This document shows positions 10,665 through 20,000 of a stretch of 20,000 nucleotides of DNA, piece by piece. The position numbers were made by a program, and so were the translations under genes. The DNA comes from Paraglomus brasilianum. Its lineage: Eukaryota. The notes under the pieces are model-generated. The model worked only from the letters and a program-made list of their open reading frames with translations, did not search any database and was not told the DNA's origin. The stretch is taken from the NCBI GenBank assembly GCA_910592345.1, contig CAJVPI010000047.1:48459-68458 (forward strand), given 5' to 3'. Positions within the stretch are counted from its first letter, which is position 1; each line of letters begins with the position of its first letter.

Positions 10665-11680
10665 GGTCAGTTTTTTACACATTATAACCGTGCATTATTT
10701 ATTTTCTTCATTTCCCGTTCAACAAAGAGATATTTAATCGCGCAAAAAATGATTAAACAAGTACGCTTGCGAGGAACGGAGTGAAAGTAGACGATAAGAG
10801 GTAAAGTTTTTTGTCTGTGTTACAATTTGACTTCATTGCGCGTATTTATCTACTTGCGTAAATTTTTAAGAATTGAGATAGCTCTGCCTTGGGCACTGAC
10901 ACATTTGACACATTGAAATTTGTGTAGTGTGTTAAAAATAATCCCCTCGTCTCTACTGTTAGCACGTGATGCACTTGCCTCGCAAACTGCGTAAAACGTT
11001 ACATCGAATTTAGCGGATAATTAGCTTTCATATTCATATTCATATTGATTTCAGATAACCTTTTTTTTTTTTATCAATTCATAAAGCCAGTTCCAACGCC
11101 TTGAGCAGTTTAGTTGCATAAATTAAGCAATCAAAGTTAATGCGATTTTTAATGTATTACTACATATTAATATGGGTCTTCCATTAAGTATTTCACTCCC
11201 TATAAATGCAGATTGTAAAGAAATCTTTCAACAACAAGAAAGAGAGAATAATCTGTGCAATAAAAAAAACTCGTCAATCAAACGTTGATATTATAAAATG
11301 ACGTTATTTGTGCGTGTGCGTGTTCGTGTCGCAAAATTGTTGGGTAATTGTCCAAACACACGTAATCATAACAGTAAATCATAATTTTTTTTTCGTTTAA
11401 AGCTTCCTCCAGATAAGCACACTCGATAAACACAATAATTAGTGAAAACCCATTCTTAAACTTTAGAACCAAACGTGGTTACCCTTGTTTAAACGATCTT
11501 GAAATAGACAATTTAAATTTTGATAGCTAGCCTTGACTTCATATCCGAACCATTTCATAACTAACCCAAAAACAAACCTTTGCGGACAATTAAAAAGCCG
11601 AATTATTCTCGTTATAAAAAGTTCAGTCTTTATTATCGATCATGACATGTATATTATTTGTACGTTTCAGAGCATGAAAT

Positions 11681-12350
11681 CTAATTGACTATCTGGTTCT
11701 GCTGATCATAGAAAGGAAATTTGTTCATCATAGCGTATAAGTAATCCTCTTTCTTGTAAATCCAATCGTTGCAAAGCAACAATGCTTTAGTCATCATATT
11801 ATCACAGAAAGAAGTAGTCTTGCAATGATCAACACTGTTCAATATAATGACACTGTAGTTATCTTCTTGGTAGTTTCCTTTTGTGTGGTGATCTGTTTTA
11901 TAGTAGTCAAACCCTATTCCGATTGGTTCATTAACAATAAAGTTGTCAGTTCAACAACCACAGATAGAAAAGGCTTAACATACAACTATGACCAACTACC
12001 ATATCGGCAATCGATGGAAGGGAATCTAGAACATGATCCTTTATACCTGACCTGCAATGGGTGATCATCCCAAATCCGGTATATTCCCTGTCTATAGTTT
12101 TGAGCTTGAAGTTGAGATCAACTAGAAATTACCTACTGGTCAGCATCATCCCTGTAGTATGGAATAAACTTTTTGGTTAGCTTTGACTAAACATTTTTTA
12201 TTCTCACCGTCTGTGGAAAGTACCATGCAAGCGAACCTGACTAATTATGCACTTACCAAACCTCGTGTGTAACCAAGTTCCGTTCTGGTTTCTTTCATGA
12301 TGTCGATGTACAGGAATTACTCCACTTTTATCTTTCACATAGGGGTAGAG
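11681..12350 (-). pseudogene. Probable spliced pseudogene of unknown family
   Basis: Phase-compatible introns 12152-12207 (GTGAGA...GCTAAC...TACAG) and 11914-11983 (GTATGT...CTGAC...AATAG) join exons reading FLYIDIMKETRTELGYTRGLVSA*LVRFACMVLSTDG-MMLTSR*FLVDLNFKLKTIDREYTGFGMITHCRSGIKDHVLDSLPSIADMVVGHS-WFDYYKTDHH...QNQIVN*. In-frame TAA at 12317, 12245 and 12129. The 5' limit is uncertain. Confidence 0.5.
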
Positions 12351-12821
12351 GCTAAGTGCTGATACAGAAAGATAAAACGATAACAGTTTCATACCCTGGC
12401 ATTCGTTTATAATAGATCGATCTGCAACAACTTCCATTGTATGTTTATGCATGGTGAATGGAGATATTGTTGCAAAAGTATTCGTTAATATTGTTTATCA
12501 TATTGCTAGCATTTAACATGAGCTGGGCGCTCCATATAGTCCACTGTCCATCTGTTCGGCTATAACAACGCTTGTTTGACTATTGTAGATAAGATTATAT
12601 TACATTGTTATCATTGTTATCATTCAGGTGGTGTGTGCGCTATTCCTTTTATTGTATCAGGGCATTGACACGAGGGAAAATTGCATAATTGATATAATTG
12701 AAAGAACGAAGGAACGATGAGGATAAGAGCGCCGATTCTAAACTTCCAACATCGCATAAGGTTTGGTCGCGAAAACAAGCAACCAAAACTTTTGAGAGAT
12801 AAAGGAAAGCGGTGACACAAG

Positions 12822-12861
12822 CGATTACGACCGATTACGACCGATTACGACCGATTACGAC
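12822..12861. repeat. Perfect 10-bp minisatellite (CGATTACGAC)x4
   Basis: Four exact tandem copies followed by a degenerate copy. Confidence 0.95.
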
Positions 12862-14369
12862 CAATTCAATACGACCTGATTGGCGGGTCGACTGCTTGTT
12901 ATCGCGAATTCCCCGTTGCGTTGACTATAATGATAATGGCTGAATCATGCACACATGTTAGTCAGTGTACATAAACAGTTAGTCAGTATTTTCCTTCATT
13001 CAAAGCCTCGTGCTGTGATATTTATCCTATATTTAGTAGTAAGCATAGCAATCATTGGTACATTTTCTGTCTACCAAGAACTTCTTTTTTGAAATAAGCT
13101 ATACTCACCTGACACTTTATGCACACGATAATTTACAGTTTTCAGAGTCTCAACGTCATACAAACGCTTTGATACTAATAAGCGATAATAATAACAGGCC
13201 CAAAGCAAAAAAAAAAAATAACAACTGTGTGTCCATGAGTAAAAAAGCCATCAAACCTTATTTAGTCTCAGTCTTATCGTTATTATTAAAAAAGTTTTTT
13301 TTTTCCTGTTACCAATTTGGTCAAAGCTGCAGGGCGGTTTCACAAGAATATGCTGATCACACAGTATGTGGTTTGATACGAAATACTTTTTTAATTAACT
13401 TAACCCAAAGTCAACTTTTTTGTTGACAAGGCAAGGCTAAATTCTTGATTTTTTATTCCGTAGAGTAAACCAGAGTGGTTAGAGATTATACAGAAAACGT
13501 TGAGCAAGGGGATGAAGAAGGGGTTGAGAAAATGTTTGTTTTTTTTTTCCGAATCATTCGTAAGGAGTTGAAAAGTAAGGAGAGAGCGAGAGGGGGTAAA
13601 GCAAACTGTATTGACTGGACACACATGATACACTGTACATTTGCATGGTAGGGCGTTACCGTACGGTTTTCATTCCCGTCGGTATTTCTTTCCTCAAAGA
13701 CGTTCTTTGAGAATATTCCTAAATCCTTTGTCGGTTATCTCCAATATATCGGGCGTTTTTTTTCCCCCGTTTGTGTGAACTTGTCATTTCACCATGGGCG
13801 AAAGGAATGCAAATTCCAAAACCTTTTAGATAAACATCGTTGCTTTTCTCCGTGTCTGTGGATCAAATATGAAAAACCTTTTTCCGACATTTCCGTGCTA
13901 TTGTATTGCATATCAAATTCCTTTGTTTAAGCTTAGCCCAATCTGACTAAAATGTTCGTATTTGGTTCTCTGTCATTATTTGATTAATGGACATTCGTAG
14001 TAATCTGAACAATCGTTATCCTCGAGGTTTCATGTCTTTCAAAAGCTTGCATATTTAATATTATTATCTGTCATTGATAAGCGTAAACTACAACGTCGAT
14101 CAACAAGTAAGGCGTCGTTGATACGCCAATAACACACCGATAGGGAAATACAGTAACTGTTCTAATTAATATACACAATGAACTGTTCAACATGTCATTT
14201 AAATGACGTCAACGTATAAAGTACCCATATTATATTAAAACTATATTGTCATTCACATGTTCCATCATTCGAAAAAACATATAAATGAAACAACCCGACA
14301 CATTTGTTGAAACTGAAATTCGTGACAACGCATAAGCGAACATACACACATCAACAAAATACAACAAAC

Positions 14370-15964
14370 ATGGTATTATATACATTCTATTAAGCGACTA
14401 AGCGACTCTTTTTTTTTTCTTTCTTTTTTTTATTTCTTTCACAATTGGTTGATACAATTATCCCATGTTCTCTAGTCTGCACACTCCCGTTCACGTTCGA
14501 GCAGCCGAACACTCAAGACAGAATACCTCTATAAAATACTCGTAGTCGGTGACTCTGCAACAGGAAAAACAAGTATTGTGAAGAGTTATGTAAATAATAC
14601 AAGTTCAATGCATACTAAGAGCACGGTGAGTTTGGAAATGGTTGGAGAACAGTGCGGAACAAATGTGTCTACAATTTCTACCATCATTCCTGTTTGGCCA
14701 AACTTCCGCATGGACAAATGCCTCTCATAATCACAAAGCCACAATTTCCGTAATAAAAATCATGACAAGCGGAACATGCTACCTGTTCCCTTTCGAGCAA
14801 GGCAAGTGGTAATTGCGTTGATTTTAGTTTTCCCAAGTTATGTCAGCACTCCCCTCCCCTCTCCACAAACGAAACAACAATTTCAGACAGTATGCCCTCA
14901 AGACGTCAAACAGGAAACAGCTGTGGCCCGTTCATCATTCGGCGTATTTGGTCACATGTTGTATAATGTTACATCATTACGTCATCAAACGGGGGTTATA
15001 TGTATTATTTGGGAAAAGGAAATTACGTGGCTGGTAGAATATTATTGTGATAGTATAAATTATAAACTTAGTGCAACATTACAGTTACAGTATAACCATT
15101 AACAAATGCATTGCACCTTTGTTATATTTAGATCGGTGTCGACTTTGCCTTGAAAGTTCTCAACTACGACGACAACACCACGATAAGATTACAATTATGG
15201 GACATTGCCGGACAAGAACGATTTGGAAGCATGACAAGGGTATGTGAAATTAAGCGGATACATTAAGATTACGCAAACTGAAAAACATTACACATGATAT
15301 ATTGTTCCCTCACACACAACATGCAATTAATTAATCACACAGGTGTACTACAAAGAAGCCTTGGGTGCACTCGTTGTCTACGACATATCACGACCACCAA
15401 CGTTCGAGTCTGTTACAAAATGGAAGAAAGACTTGGATGAAAAGGTCGCATTACCTGAGGTTTTGGGTGGGGGCCCCATTCCTGTCGTCCTGTTGGCTAA
15501 TAAGGTAAGTGACGGCCACGTTTGTGGTGGCTTGCGTTCTTCATAACTTGGTACATTTATCGCTAACCACCCAACCATTTTTTTTTTAGTGCGATCTTCT
15601 GACAGAAGACAAAATCCGCAAAGCAGAATCAGACCTGAACAAGTTTTGCGAAGACCATGGATTCTGTAAATGGTACGTTGACTGCTTCAAAATAAAGAGG
15701 CTGTGATAAGGCGGTTGTTGTTTCAATACGACTAGTTAGTTGGTCGAAGAGTTGTTGATCAAAAAAATTTATACTTTTGTCTTTGCATTCTCAAGGTTTT
15801 ATACATCGGCAAAAGAAAACAAGAACATCGATGAAGCAGCGAGACATCTCGCTTCCGAGATTCTTGAACGTCAAAAGCAACTCCACGGAACGACTACACC
15901 ACCTGTTAAATACAGACCAGTACATATAACAGAAGAGAAAATTATTAGAAGTGGATGCTGTTAG
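14370..15964 (+). CDS. RAB32: Rab32/Rab38/Rab29-subfamily small GTPase, 224 aa
   Basis: Exons 14370-14372 (ATG only), 14476-14625, 15132-15239, 15343-15504, 15590-15672, 15796-15964 = 675 nt, all GT-AG. Motifs [52 protein letters not shown] (WDIAGQE is typical of Rab32/38/29), [23 protein letters not shown], and C-terminal GCC prenylation signal. Confidence 0.92.
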
Positions 15965-16550
15965 AGAAAAAGAAAAAGGAGGAGGTTTTTATATCAGCGA
16001 AATGGGATCGAGATGCATTATGAGAGAAGAATTTTGATACGAGGCCGAAAAGAATGGAGTAATCGAAAGCGTAATGTGAGACGTTCACCCGTCAGTCTAT
16101 GGACACTTTTTTTTTTTTTAAAAAAAAAAACAATAGAGTACAAGTTACCACCTTTTTTTTTCCCTTTCGGCAAGTGAAATTCGTCACGTAATCCCAAGTC
16201 TGTATAATGCGGAGCAGTCCCCCTCCGCCTCCCGCCTCCCCTTTCTTCTCTTCTCCCCTCTTCGTCAATTTGGCATATTTTTGAGCACTGTGAACTAACA
16301 TTGAACTATCTATCATCAGACATTGTTTTTGATTTATTTGTCCTCTCCATTTCCTCCCTCTTTCATTCATATATATATATTTGTGTAAAAAGATACAACT
16401 TTCCACGCTTCCCCTCCGCTACACATTTTCTTATTTTAAAAAAAAAGCGTTTTTGGACTGTGCATGTAAAGTGCTACGATTTTTAAAAAATTAATTTGCA
16501 GTAAAAAACATAGAAAAGAGTCGATATTGAATATTTGATGGATTCGTGAA

Positions 16551-16579
16551 TTTGTGTTTTGTGTTTTGTGTTTTGTGTT
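16551..16579. repeat. Short (TTTGTGT)n simple repeat
   Basis: About four copies of a 7-mer. Confidence 0.7.
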
Positions 16580-17398
16580 GTTATTGCCACTTTTTGAAGA
16601 TAATTCGACAATTTACTTTAGTGATTCGGACCATGTTAGACTTGTGGTCTTTTCCCATTGATATTCTTCTGACGGTTATCAATAGTATCTCACTAGTTAT
16701 CGAGATCCACAATATTTTTCAAAGTCATGACAAGCCCGCCACGAATAAGAATTGAACGGTGTAACTTTATTGACTATGATGTCATCGTGCATGCAAAGAC
16801 CTGCGACATTACAAAGACAGATTATTGCGTATGCATCTCTTTTTGTCCATCAATAATTTTATGAACAATAAAGCGAATTGACGTCATCGGAGATGAGGTG
16901 ATACGCGTCTACCCACTCATAATTTGTGTTTCAGAATTTTGGAATTCATAATTTCTTGTTATACAGGTTCTTGAAATAAGAATGTTCGAAATGAAAATCG
17001 ATATACACAATAGTTGATAAGACATGCCATTCCGACAAGAGCTTGGTATAATCAACTTTTAAACCCGTTTTATGCATACAAAAATTAATGGCCGAGACGC
17101 GGCTCATTCCCGGAAACAGTAATATGTAATGCACTGAGAAATTTAACGTTAAAAAAATAACAATAAGTTCCCAGATATATTAAATACATCTTTTTATCGC
17201 TTACTAGTCATTAGGGACGAAAGCTTGTTTATTGTCTATAACAAGAAAAGTTATGCCACAAGGCCGAAGCTTTACCACGATTCACGTAATCCGCTATATT
17301 CGTCATCAAAGTTTCTCTCAAGAGACTTTTTCTGAGCAATGCCGTTGTGTACCGATATCTTTGCCTTCACAATGCTTCTTTTATCCAAACGATAATTA

Positions 17399-17806
17399 CA
17401 GTGAAAAAAAAGGCAATTGTTTAAATTGCTAGAATTTTACAATGAGTAAACCAATTAAAACATATCATATAACACCTTAAAGCTTGAAATTAGTAGATTT
17501 TATTAATGTAAAATTAACATTGAATTTTTTTTACTACTTCCAGTACACAGCCTTAGGTGGAATTTTTATCTGTGAGTATATTTCAGAAGCATTGCATGTT
17601 TTCCGCTTTAGGAATGCTTTTGCTTAGATGGGAGCCATTTTGTAGTGGAATACTCTCAGAGTTGTCAAGCGATTAAAATTACATAAAATAATAAAACACT
17701 AGAAATAAACTTTTGTTTTTATTTTACATGACATGAACAAATCCCAAAATTGGGAAAGTCACCTATACACAAACTATAGAGAATGCCATTTTTTTGCACA
17801 CCACTG
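17399..17806. mobile_element. Degenerate Tc1-like non-autonomous element
   Basis: Right end TGCCATTTTTTTGCACACCACTG plus TA (reverse complement TA-CAGTGGTGTGCAAAAAAATGGCA). Candidate left end TA-CAGTGAAAAAAAAGGCA matches it apart from a short internal deletion. AT-rich non-coding interior. Confidence 0.45.
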
Positions 17807-17829
17807 TATAACGATTATAAAAACAACGA

Positions 17830-19550
17830 TATTGGTAAATGTGATTCCAAGCCTCGCGTAGCTCTATTTCGAAATCGTTTAACTTATCGTAGCGTCTTGA
17901 AATTTTCTATATACGCAAGATGATTTGTCAGAGGTCAGCCAATATTATCGCTAGCGGCTCACGATCCGCACTGCCGTCATCATTTAATCGTTTATAAAGT
18001 AAGTTATAGTACGACAGCAGTGCTGGCCTTAGATACCAAAGATGGTTCTTTAGTGTATTCTCAAATGCAGGATCGGCTATGCGAGCAGAAAAAGCCTTTT
18101 TGACCCGTTTTGTCGTTGGTTTGAGTGTCTTTGGCCACTGTAAAAAGTTTGGATTAATATATTAATTGCTGTTTATAGCTGCCAAAGAATAACCATTGTA
18201 TCTATAGCCCAAGAATTGAGCACTTATCGAACGTCCCTCAATAATTTGTTATCCCGTTATCAACATAGCCAACTAAGATGCAACGGTCTTTTTTATTAAT
18301 GGTTATATCTCTTTCGACTTTCTGTACTTTCACCAATCCACGTCTAGTTTGTCAATGCGACTCCTCTTCAACGGAAGTATACTCATCAAGCGTCAAATTC
18401 TCGGATCGACTGTGCATCTCATCAAGTTCGGGCGTAATCAATATCCGGATCTTGGGTATATCTGCTCAAATTAACAGCATATCCAATTGTTGCTTTATTA
18501 GTTGCATCATCATGCTTCTTCAAATTATTTTAATAAATATGTATAAGACCACAAACCCTTTACCAATCCGCTTCAAACTTTAGCCATCCTTCTTCAGTGA
18601 AGGCTGGTTTGATCGGATTAGAGTATTTATCTCTTTCGATTTCGTTTGGCCATCAGAAATACGAGTCATTAGGGAGAAGCTTTTTAATGCCGCCTTGAAT
18701 GTTTTTCTATTGTCTTGATTAGCTGTTTTTTTCTTCATAGCTTGCAATAATTTGATCATGTACAGTGTGTCGATTATGAAATGTATACCGCGGATCTAGT
18801 ATAGAAACCATTTCTCAGCATTCTGCCATCTCAACTACATATACTACGCCCTTTGCCCGCTATGAGTAACAAGTCGTGTTGTTTTTTGTTCGGTGACGCT
18901 TCATTAATATCTAAAGGTCGAGAATAGAGTTGTATTGACATTTCTAGAGGCTGGATAGTTCTTTTGATGTGAAAAGCGAACACAGACTTTATCTAAAAGT
19001 ATAATTGCATAAGTCGGTGGTAGATGCATCTAGCGATCATCATTACTGGCTAGTCTTGTTCGGTCCCATGTTCCAGTCTGGTATCCAAACCTAACGCTAC
19101 GTCGACTTAGACGACATAATATGGGTTGTTCTTTGAAGTAACAAGAGAGAAGTCATGCCACAAGACGAAAATTTATATGCTTTTTCATTCGTGATCAAAG
19201 TTTCTCTCAATGAGTCTAGCATAACGCAGACTCTCGATTGCTAATTACGCGTTTGGCCGGTGATGATTAGTCCAATAATTATCTTTCATTATTCTGAGTG
19301 TGTTCTCATCAGTACTCTCCTACGATATTTAGTACAGTCAACTGCCTATAATTCGACCGCTTGCGTTCCGAAGTTATCGATCGAATTAACGTACAAATCG
19401 AATTATCGTCAGTTAATTACAATTGACTGTAGTATGTATTTGCCAAATTTGGTAATAGATCGGGAGGTAATTACCTCCCCCGAGTGCTAAATTATTTCCT
19501 TTACCAAATTCAGTAACTCAAAACGTTACCAAATCTGGTAGGGGAGAGTC
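17830..19550 (-). mobile_element. Highly decayed coding-like region with palindromic terminal motifs; possible Mutator-like (MULE) transposon relic
   Basis: Stop-interrupted protein-like stretches on the minus strand (KWFLY*IRGIH, AFTEEGWLKFEADW, PELDEMHSRSENLTLDEYTSVEEE) and three TTACCAAATTTGGTAA-like palindromes at ~19440-19541. The family assignment is tentative. Confidence 0.3.
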
Positions 19551-20000
19551 TTGGCATATATGCATCGTTACGGCCGTTAAGGCTATGCAGCAAGAGTGGA
19601 TCTGCTTTTATCGCATCTCTAGGATTCTTGTCTGCATTCTAGTCGTAAAGTGGCTATCGCGTCTATCAAGGCATTATTGGCCGACTGCATGGGGTCATTT
19701 GGAAAAGAACTGGTTTGGGTATAAAAACAATACCAGGAAGCACGCATCATCCGGCTGGTGCTGAAATGAGCTCGAATGCTATTCAGGAATGAACTCATTA
19801 CCAATTCACAAACATTAGTCTCACTTTTTTCTTACATAGTCAAATGATCTACAGTAAACGTGCACGATTTTATTTCGTATAATTCGAATCTTTGAGTAAA
19901 ACTCGTATAACTGTAAATAAGCGCGTTGAATTACAAGTTTATTCAAAAAAGAGTTTGAGTCTCTAAATTATAAGAAATGCACGGTGTTAATATTGTAAAT

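Noticed and set aside
11681..12350. TAA/TAG-to-Gln genetic code reassignment as the explanation for in-frame stops
   Set aside because: The 811 TOG codons contain no in-frame TAA/TAG, and the Rab gene ends with TAG right after its CC motif, so the standard code applies.
13055..13633. ORFs of 123 and 77 aa
   Set aside because: Low-complexity poly-A/T sequence without protein-like features; looks like promoter or UTR DNA.
14776..15102. 108-aa ORF within Rab intron 2
   Set aside because: No recognisable motif or splice support; a length expected by chance.
16092..17432. Several short ORFs and a T13-A11 palindrome downstream of the Rab gene
   Set aside because: Simple-sequence 3' UTR or intergenic DNA.

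Overview
Eukaryotic, AT-rich, intron-rich DNA, most consistent with an early-diverging fungus (Mucoromycota/Glomeromycotina-like; inferred from gene content, short GT-AG introns and an intronless Sel1-repeat gene). Two conserved host genes can be fully spliced by hand. The first is the 5' part of an XMAP215/Stu2/Alp14 TOG-domain microtubule polymerase (minus strand, 18 exons, 811 codons in the window, running off the left edge). The second is a complete Rab32/38-subfamily GTPase (plus strand, 6 exons, 224 aa). Between them lies a ~9 kb island of decayed accessory DNA: a Tc1 transposase remnant, a frameshifted Sel1-like-repeat gene, a MITE inserted in a spliced pseudogene, a deleted pogo/Tigger element nested inside an older pogo-type HTH relic, and a second spliced pseudogene. 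Further transposon relics follow the Rab gene. I found no convincing new multi-gene system. The most notable observations are the atypical nucleotide-binding residues of the Rab32-like protein, the nested pogo insertion, the repeat-shuffled Sel1 gene, and two unidentified pseudogenes that keep their frame but carry stop codons.
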